Shown in pieces: positions 1-10,348 of a stretch of DNA of 64,000 bases (position 1 is the first letter of the stretch; the number at the start of each line of letters is the position of its first letter). The position numbers and the translations under genes are program-made. The notes under the pieces are model-generated. The model did not search any database and was not told the DNA's origin. It worked only from the letters and a program-made list of their open reading frames with translations. The stretch comes from an uncultured delta proteobacterium (GTDB taxonomy: Bacteria > Desulfobacterota > Desulfuromonadia > Geobacterales > Pseudopelobacteraceae): positions 205,222 to 269,221 of the forward strand of contig CAVYYZ010000003.1 of the NCBI GenBank assembly GCA_963772835.1. Direction: 5' to 3'.

Positions 1-2
1 CT

Positions 3-3000
3 CTGGCCGGTGCGACCGTGAACAGTTCCTACTCATCCCAGGTGGCGGGGATTGGTGGAAATCTGCCATACAGGTGGACACTCGCGTCCGGGACTTTGCC
101 GGCCGGACTGGTTCTCAACAGCCTCACCGGCACAATAACCGGCACTCCCACGACTTCAGGAAGTTTCAGCTTCGTGGCCCGGATATCAGATTCAAGCATC
201 CCGCAACAGACCGTCACATCGTCCCTGAGCATTGATGTATCATCACAGACAATCTTTACAATTTGGCCGGCTTCAATTGTTCCGGGGATTGTGGATGCGG
301 GTCCTGACAGTGCAGTTGAACTGGGTGTCAATTTCAGTTCCGACGCATATGGTCTGGTGACCGGCATCCGTTTTTACAAGGCGGCTGCCAATACCGGGAC
401 CCATGTTGGTAACCTCTGGGCGAAGAGTGGTACTCTGCTCGCCACAGCAACTTTCACCGGCGAAACCGCCTCCGGCTGGCAACAGGCCAACTTTACCACT
501 CCGGTAGCCATCAGCGCCAACACTGTGTACATTGCTTCCTACCACACAAATACCGGCCACTACAGCGATGATCTCAACTACTTTGCCGGCACGGGTAAGG
601 ATAGCCCGCCGCTGCATGCCCTGGCGGACGGATTATCAGGGTACAACGGTGTATTTGCCTACGGCGTCGGCAGCTCATTCCCAAACCAGGGGTGGAAAAA
701 CTCCAATTACTGGGTGGATGTGACGTTCAGCGCCACTGCTCCTTTAGACACAACAGCACCAACCGTGACCTCATTTATCGTGCCGTCCATTTCAGCGAGC
801 AGGGACGTGGCGATCACGAGCTTCACCGCCACTGATAACGTGGCGGTGACCGGTTATCTGGTCACCGAATCAGCCGTTGCTCCGTTGCCGGCAGCCACTG
901 GCTGGCTGACAACTCCACCTGTTTCCTACTCATGTACGACAGTCGGAGCAAAGACTCTGTATGGCTGGGTCAAGGATGCTGCCGGCAATGTTTCGGCCAG
1001 TCTTAGTACAACCGTTACAATCCTGCCGGCAGATACAATTCCGCCGGTCGTGACCGCTTTTTCCGTACCGGCCTCCTCCTCCACATATACCGTTTCAATA
1101 ACAAATCTTAGTGCGTCGGACAATGTGGCGGTCACCGGCTACCTGGTCAACGAATCTGGGACGACCCCTTCACTTGCATCAGCAGGGTGGACTGTAACCG
1201 CTCCGGATTCCTACACGTTCACGACGACGGGGAGCAAAACGCTCCATGCCTGGGCGCGGGATGCTGCCGGAAACGTGTCTGCAGACAGCAGCGCCTCTGT
1301 TACACTGATTTCGGATGGTCCGCTTCTACTCATTTCATCGGCATTGAATCCCTTCAGCGGCTATTATGCCGAGATCATAAGAACCGAAGGGCTCAACGCG
1401 TTTGCCGAGACTGATATATCCCTGCTCACGCCTGCAATGCTTTCAGCGCACGATGTAGCGATCCTTGGCGATATGTCTCTGACATCCGGACAGGTTGCAC
1501 TCCTCAGTGACTGGGTCAACGGCGGCGGAAAACTGATTGCCATGCGTCCGGACAAACAGCTTTCAGATCTGCTCGGTCTGAGTGATCTGTCGGCGACTAT
1601 TTCTGACGCCTATCTACGTGTCGATACCTCCTCCGGGCCCGGTGTGGGGATCGTGAACGAAACCATTCAGTATCATGGTTCAGCCGACCTCTACAGTCTT
1701 AATGGCGCAATTAGTCTGGCAACGCTTTATTCTGATGCAGCAACGACAACATCACATCCGGCCGTCACATTGAATAATATCGGAGCGAACGGGGGGCAGG
1801 CGGCGTCCTTTGCCTATGATCTTTCCCGTTCTGTTGTCTACTCACGTCAGGGCAATCCGGCCTGGTCGGGGCAGGATAGGGACGGTTATGCACCGATCCG
1901 TTCCGATGACCTGTTTTACGGCGCGGCAGTCATCGACCGGCAACCTGACTGGGTTGATATGAACAAAGTGGCGGTTCCACAGGCTGACGAACAGCAGCGC
2001 CTGTTGGCAAACCTCATTATCCGGATGAACCAGAATAAAAAACCGCTGCCACGCTTCTGGTATTTTCCCCGCAGTCTGCCTGCGGTCGTGGTGATGACCG
2101 GTGACGATCATGGCAATAACGGGACCGCCGGGCGGTTCGATTCCTATGTGGCTGCCAGTCCTCCCAACTGCTCTGTGGACAACTGGGAGTGTATCAGGGG
2201 CACTTCGTATATTTTTACTAAATCCCCGCTCAGCAATATGCAGGCTTTGGCCTATACCGCAGCCGGGTTCGAGATTGCGCTCCATGTCAGTACCAACTGC
2301 GTCGACTGGACGCCGTCAACTCTTGAATCATTCTATGCGGCACAACTCAGCGCCTGGCAGTTGAAGTACGACACTCTCCCCGCACCGAAAACACACCGGA
2401 CGCATTGTATCGCCTGGAGCGATTATGCGACTCAGCCTGTGGTTGAATCGGCTCACGGAATACGGCTTGATACAACCTACTACTACTATCCTTCGGCCTG
2501 GGTCTCCGATCGCCCGGGATTTTTCACCGGTTCCGGTATGCCGATGCGTTTTGCCGACTCAACCGGCACTCTCATTGACGTTTACCAGGCAGCGACCCAG
2601 ATGACCGATGAATCGGGCCAGACATTCCCTTTGACGATCAATGCCCTTCTCGATAGTGCCATCGGTCCGGAAGGATATTATGGTGTCTTTGTGGCCAATA
2701 TGCACACCGATGAAGCAGCATCGAGCGGAAGTGACTCAATAGTGGACTCTGCACGTGCCCGGGGAATACCGGTGATCTCGGCCCGTCAATTACTGAAATG
2801 GCTGGATGGACGCAATACTTCGACCTTCAGTTCACTGGAGTGGAATGGTTCTGTTCTCGGTTTTTCAATCACTGCCGCCCAGGATGCAAACGGGTTGGTT
2901 GCTATGGTGCCGGTGACGGATGGTCAAACCGTTACGAATATTACCCGTAATGGTGCTCCGGTCGTCTTTGCAAAGGTCAAAATCAAAGGCATCCAGTATG

Positions 3001-4220
3001 CAAACTTTACAGCGCTGACCGGTGTGTATCAGGTAACGTATGCCGCTGACGCTGCGCCGCCGGAGGTTAGTGTGGTTTCTCCTGACCATGGATCGTCCGG
3101 CGTCAGTACGGTATTCCAGGCCGCCGTTACCTTCAGTGAGCTGATGGATGCAGCCAGTATCACCGGCGGCACCTTTGAGCTGCGTGACCCGATGAATGCT
3201 CTCGTTCCGGCTGTTGTTGTCTATAATTCAGCGGCACAAAAGGCTCTGCTTGAACCTGCCGCTCCGCTGGAACGTTCAACGAACTATACCGCCACCGTCA
3301 AAGGCGGGGCAAACGGCGTGAAAGATCTTGCCGGTAATCAGCTCAAGAGTGATTACAGCTGGTCGTTCAGCACTACCGCTACGTCAAACGGGTCATATTA
3401 CATCTGGCCGGCTTCGACGGTGCCGGGTGTAATAGACAGCGGTCCTGACGCTGCAGTGGAGCTGGGTGTGAAGTTCCGTTCTGATATCAGCGGGTATGTC
3501 ACGGGGATCCGTTTTTACAAAGCAAACGCCAACAGCGGACTCCATATCGGCAATCTTTGGACGGGAAGCGGTACGCTGCTGGCATCGGTTCCCTTCAGTG
3601 GCGAGAGTGCTTCCGGCTGGCAACAGGTACAATTCCCTGCCTCGGTGCCAATCAGCGCCAATACGGTATACGTGGCTTCCTACCATACAACTGCAGGGCA
3701 TTACAGCGACAACCTGAACTTCTTTAAAAACAATGGTGTAGACAATCCGCCACTGCATGCCCTGGCCAATGGTATATCCGGTTTCAACGGGGTGTATGCG
3801 TATGGTTCAGCCGGCAGTTTCCCGAACCAGGGGTGGAACAGTTCCAACTACTGGGTGGATGTGGTGTTTAGTGCCATCCCGGCGCCAACGCTATCTTTCA
3901 TCACGGTTACGCCGGGCAACCAGAGAGTCGTGATAGGCGCCAGCCAGCAGTTTACCGCCACCGGGACTTATTCCGACGGCAGCACCCAAAATCTGACAGG
4001 CCAGGTAACGTGGAGTTCTGCAGATACAAAAATTGCATCTATCACCGGTGCCGGTCTGGTGACGGCACAGAGCCTCGGAATCACCACGATGTCGGCAACC
4101 CTGAACGGCATCACCGGCAGTACGAATCTGACCACGACAGACCAGATAGGATTTGTATCCCGTAATATTTTTGCCTGTGCCGGAAGCGACCGCTTTGCCC
4201 TCACACAGGCATGGCAATGA
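3..4220 (+). CDS. Large extracellular modular protein, 5'-truncated by the window: He_PIG-like Ig, DUF4082 x2, 95-aa Ig-like x2, putative carbohydrate deacetylase-like core, Big_5, Big_2
   Basis: Frame is open from position 3. DUF4082 signature ELGV.F..(T/S)GIRFYK..NYWVDV occurs twice; core motifs VVMTGDDH, GFEIALH, RTHC; Big_2 pattern QQFTATGTYSDGS..VTWSS near the C-terminus. Confidence 0.85.
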   Translation: MAGATVNSSYSSQVAGIGGNLPYRWTLASGTLPAGLVLNSLTGTITGTPTTSGSFSFVARISDSSIPQQTVTSSLSIDVSSQTIFTIWPASIVPGIVDAGPDSAVELGVNFSSDAYGLVTGIRFYKAAANTGTHVGNLWAKSGTLLATATFTGETASGWQQANFTTPVAISANTVYIASYHTNTGHYSDDLNYFAGTGKDSPPLHALADGLSGYNGVFAYGVGSSFPNQGWKNSNYWVDVTFSATAPLDTTAPTVTSFIVPSISASRDVAITSFTATDNVAVTGYLVTESAVAPLPAATGWLTTPPVSYSCTTVGAKTLYGWVKDAAGNVSASLSTTVTILPADTIPPVVTAFSVPASSSTYTVSITNLSASDNVAVTGYLVNESGTTPSLASAGWTVTAPDSYTFTTTGSKTLHAWARDAAGNVSADSSASVTLISDGPLLLISSALNPFSGYYAEIIRTEGLNAFAETDISLLTPAMLSAHDVAILGDMSLTSGQVALLSDWVNGGGKLIAMRPDKQLSDLLGLSDLSATISDAYLRVDTSSGPGVGIVNETIQYHGSADLYSLNGAISLATLYSDAATTTSHPAVTLNNIGANGGQAASFAYDLSRSVVYSRQGNPAWSGQDRDGYAPIRSDDLFYGAAVIDRQPDWVDMNKVAVPQADEQQRLLANLIIRMNQNKKPLPRFWYFPRSLPAVVVMTGDDHGNNGTAGRFDSYVAASPPNCSVDNWECIRGTSYIFTKSPLSNMQALAYTAAGFEIALHVSTNCVDWTPSTLESFYAAQLSAWQLKYDTLPAPKTHRTHCIAWSDYATQPVVESAHGIRLDTTYYYYPSAWVSDRPGFFTGSGMPMRFADSTGTLIDVYQAATQMTDESGQTFPLTINALLDSAIGPEGYYGVFVANMHTDEAASSGSDSIVDSARARGIPVISARQLLKWLDGRNTSTFSSLEWNGSVLGFSITAAQDANGLVAMVPVTDGQTVTNITRNGAPVVFAKVKIKGIQYANFTALTGVYQVTYAADAAPPEVSVVSPDHGSSGVSTVFQAAVTFSELMDAASITGGTFELRDPMNALVPAVVVYNSAAQKALLEPAAPLERSTNYTATVKGGANGVKDLAGNQLKSDYSWSFSTTATSNGSYYIWPASTVPGVIDSGPDAAVELGVKFRSDISGYVTGIRFYKANANSGLHIGNLWTGSGTLLASVPFSGESASGWQQVQFPASVPISANTVYVASYHTTAGHYSDNLNFFKNNGVDNPPLHALANGISGFNGVYAYGSAGSFPNQGWNSSNYWVDVVFSAIPAPTLSFITVTPGNQRVVIGASQQFTATGTYSDGSTQNLTGQVTWSSADTKIASITGAGLVTAQSLGITTMSATLNGITGSTNLTTTDQIGFVSRNIFACAGSDRFALTQAWQ

Positions 4221-4279
4221 TACTGTGCTCCTGATGTCAGTCGGGAAGTATGGTGCGTTGCACCGGGAGGAGGTTCCTC

Positions 4280-7200
4280 ATGAAAAAACCATTCATACTG
4301 TTCACGGCATTATTACTGTTCGGTGCCGTATCAAATCTGATACCGCTGGAGGCGATCGCCGCCACAATCTGGCCCGGTGCAACAGTTCCGGTTATCGCGG
4401 ACTCCGGTCCTGACAGTGCTGTAGAACTTGGCGTGAAATTCAGATCCGATTCCAGCGGCACGGTGAGCGGCATCCGTTTCTACAAGGGGAACGGCAATAC
4501 CGGAACTCATACCGGCAGCCTCTGGTCGAGTACCGGCACGCGTCTGGCCACGGCCACCTTCAGTGGTGAAACAGCCTCCGGGTGGCAGCAGGTGAACTTC
4601 AACACACCTGTATCCATAAGCGCAAATACGGTCTATGTGGCCTCGTACCACACCAACAGCGGTCATTACAGTTGCGATCAGAACTTCTTCGCGAGCAGAG
4701 GGGTGGATGCGCCGCCGCTGCATGCCCTGGCAAACGGGGTTTCAGGAGTCAACGGAGTCTACATCTACGGGACTGGAGGAAGATTTCCCAACCAGGGCTG
4801 GAACAGTTCCAACTACTGGGTGGATGTGGTTTTCAATGCAACCACTTCGTCCGATACGACTCCTCCGACTATAACCGCTTTCACCATTCCGTCTTCCGCG
4901 ACTGAACTTACCATTCCAATAACAAGCTTCACTGCAACGGACAATGTCGGTGTGACCGGCTACCTCGTCAATGAATCGGCAACTAAACCTTCGTCAACAG
5001 CCAGCGGCTGGTCGACAACAATTCCATCCTCCTATACATTTACATCCGAGGGCAGCAAGACCCTCTATGCCTGGGCCAGAGATGCCGCGGGTAATGTGTC
5101 CACCGGAGTGAGTGATTCTGTTGTCATCACGCTTGATTCCGGTACCACCGCCAGTACCCCGATTCTGATTATTTCATCAACATCGAATCCTTTCAGCGGA
5201 TATTATGCTGAAATTCTCCGCGCTGAAGGGCTCAATGTTTTCGATGAGAGTGATGTTTCTTCGCTGTCGTCTGCACAGCTTGCTCCCTATGACGCTGTTA
5301 TTCTTGGAGAGATGTCGTTGACCTCGTCCCAGGTCACGATTTTCACTAACTGGGTCAACGGAGGAGGGCACCTTATTGCGATGCGGCCGGACAAAAAACT
5401 AGCCTCTCTGCTGGGATTGAGTGATCTCGGCTCAACGATTGCGAACACGTACCTTCTTGTAAACACGCAATCCGCTCCCGGTGCCGGAATCGTTGATCAG
5501 ACGATCCAGTACCATGGTACGGCCGACCTGTATTCTCTCAGCAGTGCCTCAAGTATTGCAACTCTCTACTTCAGCTCAACAACGGCAACATCAAATCCTG
5601 CGGTCACTCTGCGTACTGTCGGCAATCAGGGTGGACAGGCGGCAGCGTTTACCTATGATCTTGCCCGCTCCGTCATCTATACCCGCCAGGGAAATCCAGC
5701 CTGGTCAGGACAGGAAAGAGACGGCTATCCGCCGATTCGATCTGATGACCTCTTCTACGGCTACGCAAGTTTCGACCCCCGTCCCGATTGGATCGACCGG
5801 GATAAAGCATACATCCCTCAGGCTGATGAACAGCAGCGCTTATTGGCAAACCTCATCATACAGATGAATATCGATAAAAATCCCCTGCCGCGCTTCTGGT
5901 ATTTTCCGCGCAATCTTGAGGCGGTCGTTGTCATGACCGGCGATGACCATGGCAATGGCGGAACAGCCGGGAGATTCGATACATATAACGCCATGAGCCA
6001 TTCAGGTTGTTCGGTTGCGAACTGGGAGTGCATCAGGGGCACGTCATACATTTTCCCGAACACTCCTCTCAGTGACAGTCAGGCATCAGCCTACAGCAAC
6101 AGCGGTTTTGAAATCGGAGTCCATGTCACAACCGACTGCCTGGATTGGACACCCGCATCGCTCCGTTCCTTCTATACGAATCAGTTCGCTGCGTGGAGGG
6201 ATAAATACAGCAGCCTTCCTTCACCGGTAACACACCGGACTCATTGTATCGTCTGGAGCGATTACGCGACTCAACCGGTGGTAGAACTGTCGTTCGGCAT
6301 GCGGCTTGATACAAACTACTACTACTGGCCTCCGGAATGGGTTGCAAATATTCCCTGCCTGTTCACCGGGTCCGCAATGCCGATGCGCTACACCGATGCT
6401 AACGGCACTCTCATTGATGTCTATCAGGCGCCCACCCAGATGACAGATGAATCAGGTCAGACGTACCCGTTCACAATAGATTCACTCCTCGATAATGCCA
6501 TCGGTCCTGAAGGGTATTTCGGAGTTTTTCTCGCCAATATGCATACTGATGCAGCTGATTCGGCCGGATCAGATGCAATTGTCCGCTCTGCGCAGGCCCG
6601 TGGCGTGCCGGTGATCACCGCCCGCCAGATGTTGACATGGCTGGATGGACGAAACGACTCGACATTCGATTCACTGTCATGGAACGGTACCAGTCTGAAT
6701 TTCTCTATCACTGCCGGCCAGGGTGCCAACGGTCTGGTGGCCATGGCGCCGCTGCAAAACGGTCAGTCCGTGTCACGGATAACGAGGAACGGCAGTTCCA
6801 TTCCATTCTCCAATGCAACGATTAAAGGCATCAGGTACGTCCGCTTTGCGGCTGCCGGCGGAAACTATCAGGTTACATATGCTTCCGGCGGGTCCGGAGA
6901 TACTACTCCGCCGACCGTAACCTCATTTACGGTTCCCGCGACGGCATCAACTCTTATCGTCCCGATCAACAGCTTCTCGGCGACGGACAACGTTGCGGTA
7001 ACCGGCTATCTGGTCAACGAATCTGCAACAAAACCATCTGCAACCGCCATCGGGTGGACAACCGGCGCCCCGGACTCCTACACCTTTGTGACAGCGGGCA
7101 GCAAAACCCTCTACGCCTGGGCACGGGACGCAGCCGGAAATGTGTCCGCCAGCATGAGTGATTCCGTCACCATAACCATCAGTAATCAGGGTGGTCCATA

Positions 7201-7681
7201 CACACTCTGGTCATCAGCGACGACTCCCGGGGTCGTGGATTCCGGGCCTGACAGCGCAGTGGAACTTGGCGTCAGGTTCCGTTCCGATACCGGCGGTTAC
7301 ATCACCGGAATCCGCTTCTACAAGGCAGGTACCAATACCGGCACGCATATCGCCAATCTCTGGACAAACAGCGGCACCCGTCTGGCAACGGCCACGTTCA
7401 GCAACGAAACCTCCTCCGGTTGGCAACAGGTGAATTTTGCGGCTCCGGTGGCTATCTCTGCGAATGTTGTGTATGTGGCCTCGTACCATACCAACACGGG
7501 ACATTACAGTTTCGGCAGGAGTTATTTTGCCGGAAATGGCGTGGACAGCCCGCCGCTTCACGCCCCGGCTGACGGAGTGTCCGGCGCCAATGGAGGGTTC
7601 GCCTACGGAGCCGGCAGCAGTTTCCCGGGGCAGGGATGGAACAGCTCCAACTACTGGGTGGATGTGGTATTTCAGCCATGA
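4280..7681 (+). CDS. Secreted DUF4082 protein with the same putative deacetylase-like core (paralog of upstream gene)
   Basis: GGAGGAGG RBS before ATG 4280; signal peptide MKKPFILFTALLLFGAVS..AIA; architecture DUF4082-Ig-core-Ig-DUF4082; core aligns by eye with gene 1. Confidence 0.88.
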   Translation: MKKPFILFTALLLFGAVSNLIPLEAIAATIWPGATVPVIADSGPDSAVELGVKFRSDSSGTVSGIRFYKGNGNTGTHTGSLWSSTGTRLATATFSGETASGWQQVNFNTPVSISANTVYVASYHTNSGHYSCDQNFFASRGVDAPPLHALANGVSGVNGVYIYGTGGRFPNQGWNSSNYWVDVVFNATTSSDTTPPTITAFTIPSSATELTIPITSFTATDNVGVTGYLVNESATKPSSTASGWSTTIPSSYTFTSEGSKTLYAWARDAAGNVSTGVSDSVVITLDSGTTASTPILIISSTSNPFSGYYAEILRAEGLNVFDESDVSSLSSAQLAPYDAVILGEMSLTSSQVTIFTNWVNGGGHLIAMRPDKKLASLLGLSDLGSTIANTYLLVNTQSAPGAGIVDQTIQYHGTADLYSLSSASSIATLYFSSTTATSNPAVTLRTVGNQGGQAAAFTYDLARSVIYTRQGNPAWSGQERDGYPPIRSDDLFYGYASFDPRPDWIDRDKAYIPQADEQQRLLANLIIQMNIDKNPLPRFWYFPRNLEAVVVMTGDDHGNGGTAGRFDTYNAMSHSGCSVANWECIRGTSYIFPNTPLSDSQASAYSNSGFEIGVHVTTDCLDWTPASLRSFYTNQFAAWRDKYSSLPSPVTHRTHCIVWSDYATQPVVELSFGMRLDTNYYYWPPEWVANIPCLFTGSAMPMRYTDANGTLIDVYQAPTQMTDESGQTYPFTIDSLLDNAIGPEGYFGVFLANMHTDAADSAGSDAIVRSAQARGVPVITARQMLTWLDGRNDSTFDSLSWNGTSLNFSITAGQGANGLVAMAPLQNGQSVSRITRNGSSIPFSNATIKGIRYVRFAAAGGNYQVTYASGGSGDTTPPTVTSFTVPATASTLIVPINSFSATDNVAVTGYLVNESATKPSATAIGWTTGAPDSYTFVTAGSKTLYAWARDAAGNVSASMSDSVTITISNQGGPYTLWSSATTPGVVDSGPDSAVELGVRFRSDTGGYITGIRFYKAGTNTGTHIANLWTNSGTRLATATFSNETSSGWQQVNFAAPVAISANVVYVASYHTNTGHYSFGRSYFAGNGVDSPPLHAPADGVSGANGGFAYGAGSSFPGQGWNSSNYWVDVVFQP

Positions 7682-7747
7682 TAACGTTTAACATACTAAA
7701 TTTATTACATAAATACATGCTTCTTCGAGTCTTTCGGAGGTAACGTC

Positions 7748-10300
7748 ATGAGAAATATATTCTGTGCAGTATCAATTATGATCGCATCAGTACTACTGAT
7801 CCCGATATCGTCACATGGCGCCTCTATCTGGCCATCCTCCGCTGTTCCGGGGATCGCTGACTCCGGGCCCGACAGCGCGGTGGAACTGGGAGTCAAGTTC
7901 CGTTCAGATACAAAAGGTACTATTATCGGAGTCCGTTTCTACAAAGGGATCGGCAATACCGGCACCCATACCGGCAGCCTCTGGTCGAGAACCGGTTCGC
8001 GCCTGGCAACGGCTACCTTCAGCGGTGAAACCGCCTCCGGCTGGCAGCAGGTAAACTTCGCCGCGCCGGTGACCATCAATGCCAATACGGTCTATGTCGC
8101 TTCCTACCACACTAACAGCGGCCATTACAGCTGCGACCAGAACTTCTTTGCAGGCGGTGGAGTCGACGCACCGCCGCTGCACGCCCTGGCGAACGGGGTG
8201 TCAGGCGTCAACGGTGTGTACGGCTACGGGTCTGCAAGTAAATTTCCCAACCTGGGGTGGAATAGTTCAAATTACTGGGTGGACGTTGTCTTTAATTCAA
8301 CCGCCTCGTCCGATACGACCCCGCCGACCGTGACAGCATTTACCGTTCCGGCTACATCATCATCGCTGACCGTATCTGTCAGCAGCTTCAGTGCAACAGA
8401 CAATGTCGCGGTAAGCGGATATCTGATCACCGAATCATCCGCGAAACCTGCTGCAGGTGGCGGCGGTTGGTTGACATCAATTCCGCTCTCGTACATATGT
8501 GCAACGGCGGGCAGTAAGACCCTCTACGCCTGGGCCAAAGACGCCTCAGGCAATGTGTCGAACAGCAGAAGTGCGGCCGTTGTCATTACCATCCCGTCGG
8601 GAGGTGGTGGGGCGGGCGCCTGGTATGCGGGAGACCTGCACGTGCACCGCAGCTGCGGCGGAGCCCCGGAGGCGGTGACAAGCCTGTACCAGAAAATGCT
8701 TTTGAATGACCTTGCGGTTATGTCTCTGCTGGCTGACATGGGTAATGGCGAGGTGCAGAACCCGGCCACCGACCTGCCGCTTGTAACCGGAGGAGACGCC
8801 TCTGTATCGGCACCGGGCCGGATTCTGCATTGGGATGCGGAGTGGCATTGGGATGCCGTGTACGACCAGTATTCCAACAAGGCCCTGGGCGGGCATGTAC
8901 TGGCACTTGGTCTGTTGGAGGCACATCAGATCTGGGAAGAGTACACCTATCCGATATTCAACTGGGCGCATCAGCAACATGGTGTTGCCGGTTTTGCGCA
9001 TATGCAGTATCTCGATAACGGTATTCCGCAAGGTCTTGATTGCTGTACGCCTCTGGAATATCCGGTCGAAGTGGCGCTGGGGTCGGCAGACTTTATTGCT
9101 GAGGATGTGAACGGCAGCGATACTGCCATTCAGGCGTATTACCGACTGCTCAACTGCGGCTTCCGTCCCGGACTTGCCGCAGGTACAGACTATCCATGCA
9201 ACGGCGGCGCGGATCCCGGTTCGCTGCTGACGTATGTGCAGGTGGCCGATGATCAGATGAATTATCGCACCTGGATCGATGGCATCGCGGCAGGGCGAAC
9301 GGTCGTGTCGCGCAATGGACAAAACGAATTTCTGGATCTGAAGGTGAACGGCACTGCCGGACCCGGTGATGAGATCAAACTGGCCGGGAGCGGAACGGTG
9401 CAGGTGACGGTCCAATGGTCGGCGAACCGGAATCTGAGCGGAACAATTGAATTGGTAAGTAACGGCGTCGTTGTCGCCGCCAAATCGGCCTCTGCGGCAT
9501 CAGGGAGTCCGGCAACTCTGAATGCTTCGGTCAATTTCACGAAGAGCGGCTGGCTGGCGGCCCGCAGAATGGGGAGCAACGGGCATCAGCTGCATACCGC
9601 CGCCGTGTACGTGACAGTGAATAATGCTCCGGTACGTGCAAGCGTTGACGACGCGCAGTTTTATGTGCAGTGGATCGACAATCTGCTGGAGAAGACATCT
9701 CCGGGCGGGGCATGGAGTTACTTCTTCGTGAACAGTCGAGCGGCAGCACAATCACGCTATCAGTCTGCCCGATCGATCTATCAGCAGATCGCGCTTGAAG
9801 CCGGAGGAGGAGTGAATCCCCCTCCGCAGCCGACAGGGACGATCTTCACCAGCCAGATCCCGGGAGTGTATGAAAACGATGCGGATTATGAGTTGGGTAC
9901 AAGATTCCGTGCCGATGTGAATGGAACGATCACCCAGGTGCGCCTCTATACCAATGCGCTGGAGGGTGGAAGTCACACCGTTCGCATCTGGCGGGTATCT
10001 GACAGCGCCGTCGTGGCAGGGCCGTACACGTGGAATTTTTCATCCGGCAATGCCGGGTGGAAATCGTTCACATTACCGGCACCGTTGAGTATTACCGCCA
10101 ACACCGATTACACGGTGTCGGTTTCCAACAGCAGTGACCGCTACTATGCCGGTCAGCTTAACGGTTTTGATGCGCCGATCGTAAACGGGCATGTATCCAC
10201 GTATACCGGCAGCGGAGTGTATTCGACGATTCTGGGAACTATGCCGACTTTGATCTGGAACAATACGAACTATTTCCGCGATGTAGTGTTTGCCCCGTAA
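7748..10300 (+). CDS. Secreted DUF4082 protein with PHP-type (CehA/McbA-like) metallohydrolase domain
   Basis: GGAGG RBS; signal peptide ending SHG-A; N-terminal DUF4082; WYAGDLHVH, GFAH and AAGTD motifs; divergent C-terminal DUF4082 ending NYFRDVVF. Confidence 0.82.
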   Translation: MRNIFCAVSIMIASVLLIPISSHGASIWPSSAVPGIADSGPDSAVELGVKFRSDTKGTIIGVRFYKGIGNTGTHTGSLWSRTGSRLATATFSGETASGWQQVNFAAPVTINANTVYVASYHTNSGHYSCDQNFFAGGGVDAPPLHALANGVSGVNGVYGYGSASKFPNLGWNSSNYWVDVVFNSTASSDTTPPTVTAFTVPATSSSLTVSVSSFSATDNVAVSGYLITESSAKPAAGGGGWLTSIPLSYICATAGSKTLYAWAKDASGNVSNSRSAAVVITIPSGGGGAGAWYAGDLHVHRSCGGAPEAVTSLYQKMLLNDLAVMSLLADMGNGEVQNPATDLPLVTGGDASVSAPGRILHWDAEWHWDAVYDQYSNKALGGHVLALGLLEAHQIWEEYTYPIFNWAHQQHGVAGFAHMQYLDNGIPQGLDCCTPLEYPVEVALGSADFIAEDVNGSDTAIQAYYRLLNCGFRPGLAAGTDYPCNGGADPGSLLTYVQVADDQMNYRTWIDGIAAGRTVVSRNGQNEFLDLKVNGTAGPGDEIKLAGSGTVQVTVQWSANRNLSGTIELVSNGVVVAAKSASAASGSPATLNASVNFTKSGWLAARRMGSNGHQLHTAAVYVTVNNAPVRASVDDAQFYVQWIDNLLEKTSPGGAWSYFFVNSRAAAQSRYQSARSIYQQIALEAGGGVNPPPQPTGTIFTSQIPGVYENDADYELGTRFRADVNGTITQVRLYTNALEGGSHTVRIWRVSDSAVVAGPYTWNFSSGNAGWKSFTLPAPLSITANTDYTVSVSNSSDRYYAGQLNGFDAPIVNGHVSTYTGSGVYSTILGTMPTLIWNNTNYFRDVVFAP

Positions 10301-10348
10301 AATAAAAATAACATCAGATATGTAGATGCGTTTCAAAAAGGGGGAAAA

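Noticed and set aside
8546..9415. Long antisense ORFs (e.g. 8546-9415, 14499-15155, 62418-63047, 63007-63621)
   Set aside because: They are shadows of well-supported sense-strand genes and carry no motifs of their own.
3..10300. PEP-CTERM/exosortase or LPXTG anchors on the DUF4082 proteins
   Set aside because: The C-termini have no PEP motif, TM helix or basic tail.
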